Of a stretch of DNA of 64,000 nucleotides, positions 37,180 to 48,938 are shown piece after piece. Source of the stretch: Rhodosorus marinus CCMP1338 (lineage: Eukaryota; Plantae; Rhodophyta); contig JAMWBK010000008.1 in the NCBI GenBank assembly GCA_029953675.1, positions 1,364,001 to 1,428,000 on the forward strand. The letters run 5' to 3'. Under the pieces are notes generated by a model. That model was not told where the DNA came from and ran no database searches. It saw only the letters and a list, made by a program, of their open reading frames with translations. How positions within the stretch are numbered: the stretch's first letter is position 1; each line of letters starts with the position of its first letter. A program made the position numbers and the translations under genes.

Positions 37180-37695
37180 TTAATTAGATCCGCGACGAGC
37201 GTCTTCAGGTTCGTTTTCACCTTTCCTAACGCTTTTCTCCTTCCGTCTTGTTAGCTGATAGTATCGATTTTTTGTCATGGCATCTGATCGGCCGGGTATA
37301 GCCTTTGCAATTCTGCTCCATGAGTTTCCATACTTCTTGTGTTCTCTTAGCAACGTAGCGTCCTCCTCTGCAGTCCATGGCCGTTTGTCAATATCCGGGC
37401 TCAAGTGATCCACCCATCTCAGCCGAACCTGCTTCCCCGATTTCCCCGGGAATTGGAGAGCAAGTTCACTCCAGTTCAATTTCTTTCGGGACTCCATAAG
37501 TTCTTTAAGCCTGAGGTCTTCTTCCCGCCTCCATCTAGGACGTGATCGTCCTTTTGACTGCGATGAACTAGCCTCGACCTTCTCCATTTCAGGTTTCTCA
37601 GCGTCATTGCACAACAGCATCGATATTGGAATCCCTCTTGATGACGACCCTGCACCGGCGGGCGACTTCTTGCTGCTGTCCGAAGAGTCTCCCAT
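37180..37695 (-). CDS. R2R3-type MYB transcription factor; intronless
   Basis: Two MYB repeats: WRREEDLRLKELM...NWSELA..FPGKSGKQVRLRWVDHLSP and WTAEEDATLLREHKKYGNSWSRIAKAIPGRSDAMTKNRY. Confidence 0.92.
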   Translation of the reverse strand: MGDSSDSSKKSPAGAGSSSRGIPISMLLCNDAEKPEMEKVEASSSQSKGRSRPRWRREEDLRLKELMESRKKLNWSELALQFPGKSGKQVRLRWVDHLSPDIDKRPWTAEEDATLLREHKKYGNSWSRIAKAIPGRSDAMTKNRYYQLTRRKEKSVRKGENEPEDARRGSN

Positions 37696-40600
37696 ACCAA
37701 TCCAAAAGGACAACATTAGAAAAAATTCTTTGGTAGTAGTTGAGAATCACTGCGCCTTGTATCTCCCTCCCCACGGGACTAGCCGACCCAAAACAACGGA
37801 GCTCAACGCCCTCAACGCCCCCTGACCATGACTAACCCCGTAAGTCAACCCAGCCTACGCTCTCAGAAGATACAAAGTTGCAGTCTCAGCCAAACCAGGA
37901 CCCCTCGAACCGCCCTAAAAAGCTCACTCTCCCACAAGCAAGAAAACGCACACCGCCACACCGCCACACACCGCCACACGGTCAATTCGCCACTTAGCAA
38001 AAGTGTTGAAATTTTATCAAATGATTAATCCTCAACCCTCAACAAAAAAAAGAAAAAAGAATCCCTTTTCCCAAGAAAAAATTGGACGCTTCTGTCGCCT
38101 TGAGATCTACCAGCTCTCAGCCGGACCCAAACAAAAAACAGGACGACAACCCTCTCCCTCTTCCTCTCCCTCTCCCTCTCCCTCCAACTCTCCTTCCTTC
38201 AAGACTAGCTTGTCACTTTCACATTCATATACGCTCTCTCTCACAACTCGCAAAAACCAAAAAAAAAACCGACAACCGACAACCACGCCACTCGCTCTAC
38301 CCATCACGCACTCCATTCTTCACTCAATCGTTTCGTTCATATTTATGTAGCAGTCGCCCACCAACGAAAATCTGTAGAACAATCCAGCCGTTCACGTGTG
38401 TACTTTCTCCAAAACAAAATCCGTGCTAACATTAATACCGGCCTATTACCGACTTAAATCCCAACACACCCAAACAAACGCCACTTCCCCCCCCCCCCCC
38501 TCTTCTCCGCGATCCCTCCAACTTACTCCAGTAGTACACAATAAAAAAAAATTCCTTCCTCCAGGTTTTGTTTTCGCACATCCTATCTGGTATCGAACAA
38601 CTTAGCGCAACCAAAGTTGTATCTCCTTTGTTGGAATCCCCCCGACACAAAAACCCCTTCCCAACTTCTCCCTATGGTCTAAAAATACGATTGAAAAACG
38701 GACAGTTCAAACCCGCTAGGTTTTCCCGTTGCCGAAATTATATGGCATCTTTTCCGTCTTCTCGACTCATTTTTCGTATCTTTTTTAATCGTTTGGATGA
38801 TAGGGTTCATTGAAACCAACCCCCCCCCCCTCCGCTAGTGGAGTTCGGTTAATCCCACGTCCCCCCTCCGTCGAGCAGTCTCGCAAGGGAACAGAACGTA
38901 CCACCCCTTTGTCAATCATTTCCTAGCTTGATGCCTTCACGACAAAAGAAATACGAGAAACATCTCGGGCTGAGCATTTTTCGAAAAACAATCCCCCCCT
39001 CTCGTTCGGTCCCCACCCCAAAAAACAAAAACCCTGTTGAAGGGAATGGTGAGTCCAGCGACTTCTGTTTACACCCCCCAAAGTGTTAATGTTTCCTCTT
39101 GTTTTTGTTACCTTTAAATGCGATTATGCGATAAAACTTTCGCCATTCTACAAACAAGAATATCGGTTGATCTTCTCATATCGCTAAAAAAACGTAGACA
39201 CCCCTAAACGAACAAGGCCACCAGCTGTTCTAAAAGATTCTCGGAATACGTCGACGCAAATTTAGTTTTCGTTTTTAATAGGTTTGGAGTTCATTTTTTT
39301 GCGTTGCAAATTTGACACTGAAGACTAGAATAAACAAACACATCGCGACACACACAGATACAAACACCCCCGGCCCCGGGCCCCCGATCTCCCCCCCTAA
39401 TTCCACGACTCTCCTGAATGAGTTGCCGTAGGTCCCCCCTATACATTATGCTCCATTGACAACGTTCATAAATTTGCTGTGTGGAAGAAAGTGTATTTCG
39501 AAACGGTGGTCATGGCAGTAGAGAACGTGTTGTTGGGGAGGGACGCGCGAGTGCGGAATTCTTTCCATTCTGTTGAATATCTTTTGTATTTATAATGTCT
39601 TTTATGATCGCCAAGTCAATTTGTCAAATAAGCAGCCTTCGTGGAGAGTTTCCCCTGCCTCCACAGGCTGACATCAATTGATAAGCGAAGACCTCGCGAT
39701 TTTTTACTAACACTAATAGGACGACTCCTTCTGTTTGCGTCCACGCACCGGGACAATTTTTTAGGGGGCTTTATCCCATATCCGAACGCGAAAGGACCCC
39801 CCGACGATTTTAAGGAACGGGCCGTATGTACCCTAGAGTTTTACCAGGTCTAAAGAATGCGGCGGGATAAGTCGTGGCATTGGGTTTTACCAGGAATTTT
39901 GGGAGCTTCGGACAAACGCAATACCTACCGGAAAACTAACTGACTTTGTGTTTGGTATTCAACTCCAGCGACTATATGAGAACTAGAGTCTACCGGTCTT
40001 AGTGGATGGGGGGGGTTGATTCATGGTGCAAAGGGGCGAGGACGAGATGGAGAGCGCTTCGCATATCTCCATCTCAATGTAACTATGTTTTGTACTAGCG
40101 AACAAAGCGAACGTGCACCACCACCTTTGACCTAGGTTAGGTCCTGCAAGATTCTTCCAACCGCAGATGGGCTCGAACAGCTTGAAGGGTCCATCCTTAG
40201 TTCAACCACATGAATAACGCGAATATAGCCGGTCCTTCGGTTCCAAATCCTCTTCAGATGTCAGGCTCTCCTCGCTACTTACGAACGAGGACAGGAGCTC
40301 TCCTATGCTGTTGACAGTTCAGACGAGGGAACCGTTGTCTTACAATGCTTCAAGCCCAATCACTAGGGATTCAAACCAACGCGTCGGTTTCAAGAACCAT
40401 CCAAAAGTTTCCATTAATTCAAATACCTTTGGTGTCCATACAACAAAGTGAGGATATATGTCCAAGTCTACGGCAGGTCACATTGTTTTTCCCGCTCCAC
40501 CATCAGTCCGCGTTCGATTTTGCGAAAGCCTCCGCGCATCATCATCGCAATATTTGTTGTCTTTTATTGTCCTGAGAGCCAAAAAAACGTGATCCTCTTT

Positions 40601-40940
40601 CATGAATATAACTTAGGATATGAGGTTTCACATGGACAAAACCTATGAGATTGCACGGAATAAATGAAGTTCCATTGCTGCTAATTCGCCAATCAAACAC
40701 AACGCTTGACTCTATAACGGGTGCGGGCTTCAAATCCCCCAGGGTACCAAAAGAAATTCTTTTTACGGCAGGACCGGATTGTGTCCTATCTAAAAGTAAA
40801 AGAAAGCTGTTCATGAAAACCGCAATCTCCTTTTTCGCTCTGCAATTTCTTGTCTATCTTGGAAATATAAGGGGGTAAGACAAGCTAATTAGTTTACCGC
40901 ATAGAAGTTCTTTTTTGAGTGCCTTATTCCAAAATAGATA

Positions 40941-40989
40941 ATTTGAGGACCTCGTTTTTCATCAGGGCAGAAAATCGAGGTCCTCAAAT
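40941..40989. repeat. 20-bp inverted repeat (one mismatch) with 9-nt loop
   Basis: atttgaggacctcgtttttc pairs with gaaaatcgaggtcctcaaat around the loop atcagggca. Confidence 0.9.
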
Positions 40990-43027
40990 ATATCGAATAA
41001 AAAACAGACGAACAAATCCCCGATCAGGTTGAGCTTTGAGTAAGGAAAAAACTTAAAAAAAGAGGCAATATAGCAACCCCAAGAGATTTTCAATTATTGG
41101 GGATTTGTTTACGGGGAATGCGCGTTTCCCAAAACTTTGTATTTGCAAGCTCTTTGGTGTCTACTAAAAGAATCGAGAAATGTTAATGAAAATAAGTCAG
41201 TCAATCAACTACAAAACACTGCCAAAGGACGCACATTTAGCGTATTTAATTGAAAGTTAGCATAGGTGTACAATATTGTCTTCCGGTGAGGGCTGGAATC
41301 GAAACCATCGTCGTCTATTGACGTGAATCATATCCAGTGATGATGAGTATCAAAACCGGTTATGTTCCGCTCTCTGGGAGGTTGCTGCGGGTAGTAGTAC
41401 AGAGCATAGAGCGGAGGAGGCAGTTGAAAAATAATTCTATTAGAAACTGATGACAAGCGGAAAAATCATCCCACCAGACCTCAACGAGTGTACTCAACGT
41501 AGCGTCTCAAGTTTGGGTCACACCAGCTCGCGCCGCAAGGGCCCGTGTTTTTTGGCATAAAAAGAAACCCCCGAAATTAGCTTCCCTCGCAGTGGTACAC
41601 CGTACACCCCCACTCCAGGGGCCCCCCCGTCCTCCTGTTCGAAGCTGGTCAAAAATTGTAAAAGATATATTGAAAAGTGGTTGTTTGTTTAAGACGCTTG
41701 GTCCTCCAGAGTACATGATACTCTATCATATCTTCAAATATTTCCCGAACTGTGGCGCGAATTGTCCTGGGGGGTACGAGCTGTTTTAGCTCAGGATGCC
41801 CAAGGGGGGGGGAAAGTTACAAGACCGACAGATTGGACCTAGCAAGAAGAGAAGTCATTGTAAGCTGCTTGATGACGAGTATGGTAGTAATAACTTGAGA
41901 AGCGCACTCACGGACCTATACGCAGCATTCTGGGCAAGCCGTAATACCTAGTCCGAAAGCAGCCAGACGCCCAACTGCTTAGAAGTCATTTTACACAATC
42001 TTTAGCACGCGCCCAAACCCCACCCTAGTCGCTAGAAGCTCCCTTTTTTTTATGCCCACAGTTGAACTGGACTAGTGCTCCGTTCTCATCAAAAGGGACT
42101 CCGCGACCCTCACCTAAAAAAGAAAATCCTGAAAGCTTCGGGCAAGAGAGGATATGGTGGAAGGTTTTTTTTTTCTAAAAGATCCAGTGGTTTAGGCCCA
42201 TATCAAAATACAAAAATAAGCTCATCCGACCTTTGGAAAATCATTAATCGTCGCCGAAATATATTTTCCGGATTATTCTCTGTCTACAAGATAGTTTCTC
42301 ACGTTTTTCCCCTCCGCAACTCCCCCACACCTAACCTTGACATAGACCCCGCCCTGTTTACATTGGAAAATCTAAGAAAAAAAGATTCAAAATTTGGACA
42401 TCGATTGCATTTCTGAATTTATTTCATCACATTTTAATCAAGTCAGACTCGTGAGGACCGCTCACCGTCTTCCCCCTTCAGGATCCTTCAATAAACATTC
42501 CTTTTTCTTATTGTAAATACACCTGATCAATCTTATTGTTTGTCGGTGAAATCAACTCCGATAGGAACATAGTGGATTGATCGTGCCGCATCTTCGGAGG
42601 GGGGGGAGGGGAATTCCCGTCTTTACCCCCTTGGTCGATGTCTATATTAAATTCTTAATTTGTTTAAGTAATTACAATGATATATCTTTCTGAAATTAAA
42701 AGCTTTTGAAGTAAAAACCTGTGCTACAAGAGAAGATAGTTTACCAGAATCAAGTCTTCTACTTTTCCCCCAAGGGGGAGGGAGAACGGCCTGACCCCTC
42801 TACTGTCGTTAAGGGCATATAGATATGATTTTTGATGATTGTTTTTCGGGAGAACACGCCAGATTTTAAACACCCTCTAGATGCTCACTAGATCCCCTAG
42901 ACTTTCTTCGGCAGGCACGCTCGATACAAGTGAAGACCAGAGAAGCGAATGCATGTACCCATGAGAGCCCGCCAAAGCGGCTAGATTAGCATCCAACATA
43001 AAAAGAGTTAACTGTCGTCAACTCTGG

Positions 43028-43289
43028 GTGAGCTATTTTCATAAACGTAGGGGAACCTGATCCCGACTGCGTGAGCTATTTTCGTCAACAGGAAATGACT
43101 TACTCCCAGCTGGAGCTCGTTTTAAGGGATGTTATAGGACGTGGCACCGGATAAATCAAAACTGGAGCGAACGAGAAAAGAACTAGATCTGATCAGTTTA
43201 CGTAGATCCGTGGTGAGCTGAGTACATCTTGTCTCGTGTTTCTTTCAACGTCTAATCCGAGATCAGTTTACGTAGACCGCGTGGTGAGG
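43028..43289. repeat. Two pairs of short direct repeats
   Basis: gtgagctattttc at 43028 and 43071; gatcagtttacgtaga(..)cgtggtgag at 43191 and 43261. Confidence 0.8.
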
Positions 43290-43699
43290 GGTGTACACAG
43301 GGTCTTTTCTATCGTAACAAGCTAGCTCTTATGTCAAAGCTTCGAACGGGTCAATCTATTCGGCGCCGAATGCCCTTCACGTCGGGTTTCTGTTGTACAA
43401 ACGGCCGTGACGACTGCCGCAAGCTTGCCTCCAACAAACCGACAATTAATCCTCGACAAGAATCGGAATTTCGAAACTCGGGCTCCCTGAATTCCACTGC
43501 GGGGCAGTTTAGGCTTAGCCCTAAAAGAAGATTGAGAAGTATTAGCTAATCATTAGTTCTAGGAGGCTCTCTTACTATATTCTACGAATATTCTAGTCAA
43601 GACCGGTCAGTATGGGGATTCACTGGACCAGATAGAGTCACTTATGGACGTAGTGTTTGTTAGGGTTCTAAGTTGGTTTGCTCTACTTGGAGGTATTTC

Positions 43700-45480
43700 G
43701 AAGTTAATGGAAGTAAGGGGGAAAACAATTAAGGTTGGAGTGGAACGTCAGAGATTCAAGTTCCAGACACGATCCAAGAGCCCCACAGGTTGACAGTATT
43801 CCCAAAGGTCTCCAACGAGAGGAGCCTGTTGGAAGATCGTTCTTATCCAACACCTGTTTTTCTTGGCCTGTTTGTGTAGCGCTGAACCGTGACAAGCAAC
43901 CAAGCGATTTCTTGCACCATTTCTAGTCGAATGCAATTTCAAGTTCCAGTCACCGCAAGGGCAGGGGGTTCCCCCGGCTTTGGTCACCGTCCACATCCTG
44001 GATACTATACCGCAGTCATTGATGCCGTGGGAGAATGTGGAGCAGATGAGCTTCGTAGTCTCCCGAATTGATACAGATAAGCATCCGTCGGCTTCGGTGG
44101 TCGTGGCTATGGAGAATATTCTCGTTCGAGGCTGAAGCAGTCTTCCACGCGCAAGCAACTGCTCAGGGTTTGAACTACATTCTTGGGCACCAATGTCTGC
44201 GGCTTGCTGGCCCTTAGGAAAGGAGCTGGGGGGTTCCAGGTTCCACATTTATAGATGACGTCAAGTTCATGCCAATTCAGACGTATCGGCAAGAAATCAT
44301 ATGCTGGTCGAAACGTGGGATTCCACGGCCGCTTCACTCGGGCCGCAGACTCTTAAAACGACGCCTGAGCTCTTCAGGCGGAGTGCCCAAATGAATCCAG
44401 CGACCAGGCGATGATGGCGGTGGTGACTTGGCATTGTAGCAAATGGGATGGTCTGCCTGAGTCGCGGACAGGCTGGAGAACCCGATGCGTGCTTTCAAAT
44501 GCTTGTTCCAGCGGCTCAGCGAATGTGTGCTCGGATTCTGTGATCAAACTCGGGTTTTCCACTTGCTTAAGAACTGTTCGCGGGGGACGGGACAGGTGCG
44601 CTGACAATCTGATCTGCCGCCGGTCGCTCCTCCGTGACTTTGAGACGACCTCGTACGAAAAACCATTCACCCGAGGTATTAAGTCTGAAGGAGGGTCGGA
44701 TTCGCCGAACCGCCAATACATACTGCGGTGAGAAAAGGGCTTGTTCTAGCAAGAGGGCACGGTCTAATACTGCATGGACTTCAGCTGGTTCAAGCTCACT
44801 ATTGGAGGGCATTGCACTCTTGTAGCAAGTGTGAAAGCTCCAATCAGCGTTGTGGGAGGCGCACCACAAGACGAAGGAGAAAATATAACGCCTCTTGGTT
44901 GGGCGGATAGTCCAACCCGAAATTTTGACGTTCTCGTTGGCCCGAAGACTGTTTCTCCCGCACAGGTACGAGCTCGCGTACAGTTTATCCAGGTCCAAGA
45001 GCTGCACAAATCGGCTACGGCAGCTGCCTACCGCGGCGAGACGCGAGCGCTCTCAACGTGCTCTAGGCATACCCGAACCCGCTGTCCAGAGATCTCACTC
45101 TTCTACAAACTAACTAGCGGAAACACGGAAAGACCAGCCCGATCTTTCTCGATCGCATGCAGAACAAGTTGAGCATTTCGTTGGCATAGAATTCGGTTCA
45201 ACTGTGCTCTTGCCGCTGTGTGGATGTTCTTCACAATCGTGGTAGGTGGGTGGCCGCTGCTCGCGGAAATTCCATGCCCTCCTTACCCAGGCGCCAGTAC
45301 GTCTCCAGAACCAAAGGGACCAGTATCATGTCCCGTTGATCCGCCATCACCTACCCTAGTGCGGTTTCTTTATGTGCTTAGCTTTCTGAACGGCAAACCC
45401 ATTCGTCCAGTTCGTGTGCTGGGCATGTGCCTCTGCAGCGGCTCTGTCACCACACATCAAGAACATACATCCGACCGCTA
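43700..45480 (-). mobile_element. Decayed non-LTR retrotransposon (LINE-like) fragment with APE-endonuclease motifs
   Basis: Across frameshifted minus-strand ORFs the motifs occur in APE order: CGTWN (about 44240), DIGAQE, CGDWN (about 43945) and NDLPT. Upstream broken ORFs may be ORF1 remnants. No RT motifs were found. Confidence 0.45.
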
Positions 45481-47320
45481 GTCGGGTACTGTGCAACCTG
45501 ATAAGGTCGGTTGCGGACCCAACAAGTAACCTTGAACGCTTTACCAAGAGGACGGCACTACCACCTGGAGGGATCCCAAATTAAAACGAATGAGTGTAAA
45601 AAAGTGGCAAAAAAGTGTAAAAGGTGTAAAACGCAAGGAACTGAGCAAAAGGTTTTAAGAAAAGCTCAGACCACTGTCTATAGAGCAATGAGAGCTGGGG
45701 TATGAGGACAATGACCTGGGCAAACTCATGAAGTTTTGTTCGCGAGCTTTTGAAAACCCCTGAGTATCTTATCTGTTCTGAACAGGCTCTTAGAGTAATA
45801 TGGATAATGCCTATACACAAATGGAGTATCCTAGGGTCGGTCGACCTTAGATAAAGCGTAAAAAAGTGTAAAAAGTGTTAAAAATTCTCAAGAGGGTACC
45901 ACATAAAGGTGGAGTCTCCCCCCCCCCCTCCCCGCCGCGCCGCGGCTTTACTGAGGACCCCGGTGGCTACTCCACAGATAACTCCGCGAACGACCAGAGG
46001 TTTAACCATCTGCTGGGCTCCTCCTTGAGCTCATTGTGCCTTCGAGCGCGCATCCCTGATGATGTCCTACATCAATTTTAAGTGCTGAATTCATCTAACA
46101 TCATGTGGTTGTCCACAAACGGCGCGGGTAAGGGCCCGGCCCAAGCCGGGTAGAGATTGTACCAACAGCCTTCAAATGCTCCACACAATCCCTGCCCTGC
46201 TCAGCTTTCTCGGGCCATTTGCGGGGAAAGCTCGCAGCAAGTCACTTCACGCAGATCCTGCGCAAGCTTCCGACAACGAGAACAACAGGAAAGGGAGCCT
46301 CAAGTTGGTGACGAAGAAGAAGGCCTCGGCGATAGATGAAAAGCCATTATCGAAGAGCGTTGACTTGCAAACAAAACCGAATTTCGTCCAAAAAAGGGTG
46401 TTTTGTTTTTGGTTGTTGTTGATGAAAGCGAAGAAGACCACGTAGACTAACGTAAGCCCCGACTCAAGAAGTTAGCCGAGTGGCAGTTACTCGAACACTC
46501 GGCGACTGCAACAGCTGATGAGCCTGATTTTTCTCGAGTTATTGACAATACCATAGAAAACAACTCTTTCGCACGAGGGTTTTGCCGTACCAACCATCGC
46601 ATGTCTGCTCAAGCGGGACCTGCCTAATGCCTTTAACTGCACCGACCAGCGCATCTCTGAGAAAATTGAGGCCGCCCTGTTACCGGAGGTGTTCCCAATT
46701 TTCCAATTCGCCTATGGAACTTGGTTTGATGACAGTCCTTTGCAGCTAGGATAGAGCAACAGCCACGATATGGCTTGGTCTTGCGGGCAACCCCATTGTA
46801 ACCCCGGACTGATGGTTGGGTGGTTTCGTCCACGACGAAAGTTGCCCCATCTGTAGTCCCTCTTTGCCCGGCAATAAGTGTCATAGAATTCTGCTGGTTT
46901 CCATGGGGACCAAGATCCGATACCTTCGTTCCTTGACGAACACGAAGGAATTTTTAGTAGCCAATCCTCTGGCTTGTAGAAAAAAAAACACCTCCGACCT
47001 GCGTCTAGTCTACGTCTTGCACGCTCTGTCCATGCACCGACACGACCTGTCAGTGCTTGACAACTCCGGGACTAAAACGATCTCACAGAATTAACGAATC
47101 TAAGGTCTCACCAAGTCCCCAGAACATCGATGAAGTTACTACTGTTCACACCGATGATGTCAGTTGAAAACCCCAATTCCATAGCCGTGAGGATCCTTCA
47201 GAAACTCTACTTAATTATTTTCTTCACGCTCATCCAGAAAATAGTCACCAGATCTCCTTCTCATCTCAAGACGGAACTCCGTCCTAGCTTCCCCCTAGAC
47301 CCCTACCTCTCACCGAGTAC

Positions 47321-47499
47321 CATAGGGCATCATGCCCTATGTAAGTTTTGATAAGGCACAACGATAGGAAAACAACGACTTGAGCTTCGTTTTCCTCAAA
47401 ATTTCAAATCAGTTTATAGGGCAATAGGGCAAGGCTCGTTTGTCCGGAATGCCCTATGCGCTTGAATATTTATTTGATTCATGTAGAAGATGCCCTATG
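47321..47499. repeat. Cluster of six ATAGGGCA/TGCCCTAT motifs including a perfect palindrome
   Basis: catagggcat-c-atgccctatg at 47321-47341; tandem atagggca x2 at 47416-47431; tgccctat at 47450 and 47491. Confidence 0.85.
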
Positions 47500-48938
47500 A
47501 TTATTTCTGAAAAAGAAGATTGTGGGATATATTCGTATTATGAAAAAAACAATCACCTATCAAGAAAATGAATTATTCAAGTGAAATTCACTATCGGGAG
47601 GGGGCCGCTTTCTGAGAAGCTTGGAGGTCGAGTTAGATAAAAAACAACTATTCGAAACCGCAGACGGATGTACTCCAACCACCTCATGTCCGCGATAGCA
47701 CCCTTGCTAGACCATATCCAGTGTTCTCCCTCGCATAAACATCCCCAACAGAGGCGGGTCTTACTTGCTCAACCCCTATCCCCATCATCCATTTTGTGCA
47801 ATCCCTCAGCGTCTCTACGAGGTACGCACCGAAGCACCTTGATACAAAGCGATAGAGCCACCATAGAACATGGTATAGAGCATCAAACCTTCAGCCGGGC
47901 GGTTGGAATCGACGATCGAACCAGCGTATAGATCAAAACCGACAAGATTAACACCAATATGGCGCATCCTACCATTTTAGAATAAACGAATAAAATTCAA
48001 GCATAATGGAATGGAAATCTTTGAAAAACTTATGTCCGATAAGCCGCTGAAATCAGTCAGGTTTTTTCAAAGCTTTTCATCCATACATAGTCCTTTTTTA
48101 TTCCTTTATTCAATAATATATGTCGTTTCTACTTTATGGACCCGTCTGATATCCTCTATCAGAGGTTTCATGACTTCGCTGTGGGTACTTACCTAAAAAA
48201 GTGTCCAGAGCGATACTTCTTCTGGGGAGGCGAGCCTCTTTTTTTTCTTCCCAAATATGAACTGTCCGACAGTTAAATTAGTTTGGAAAATCACACCTGG
48301 TCTCGGTTCTCCCTTCGAAATGAATTTATGAAGAAAAACTACTGATGAAGAATTTATTTTGTTTTTATGAAATCGCGGTATGTGGACTTTGGAGAGGATG
48401 GCTTGGGTTTTTACTGTACGAAGAAGGTGGTAGAACGAGAACGCCAGGCTTGAGCACTCAAAGCAGTTGAGGCTAGTAGATACATAGTGCTCATCCCTCC
48501 CCCCCCCCACCCCCCCCCGAGTCTCGGTGGGCATGTTGGCAGACGGTTTTGGGCTTGTACGTTCAAACTGCCCAAACGGCTTTTTTGGCCATTCCACGAT
48601 GTGGGAGGCATCATGTTTGTTTGCGAAGGACATTTGGAGCCTTGGGTTGCATCATTTGGATTATAGTACCTGTTTCTTCTTACGATATTCGTGGAACTTT
48701 CGGCGGTTTTAGAAAAACCACCCCCACGTAAAGGGTGAGGGACTCCACTGGTTGGGTGGTAAAACAATTCTCAGCGAATCCGGGCCGGAACTTTTTAGTG
48801 AGCCGAATGTTCACGTTGATGTTAGCAGATTCTGGCACTAGGAAGACCTCAAATATGTAGGATAAGTTTGGCAGCCACGTCAACGGGGTAGAAGACTTAA
48901 CTCTGAAGGAAACTCACAGAGTCTAGTGTCTGCCCTTT

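Noticed and set aside
40690-40750. tRNA-like ending (gggcttcaaatcccccagggtacca)
   Set aside because: The T-loop is non-canonical, the T-stem is mismatched, and no acceptor stem or D and anticodon arms could be paired.
41335-41452. Possible C/D-box snoRNA (gtgatga ... ctga)
   Set aside because: The boxes are short and common, and I found no terminal stem or recognisable rRNA antisense element.
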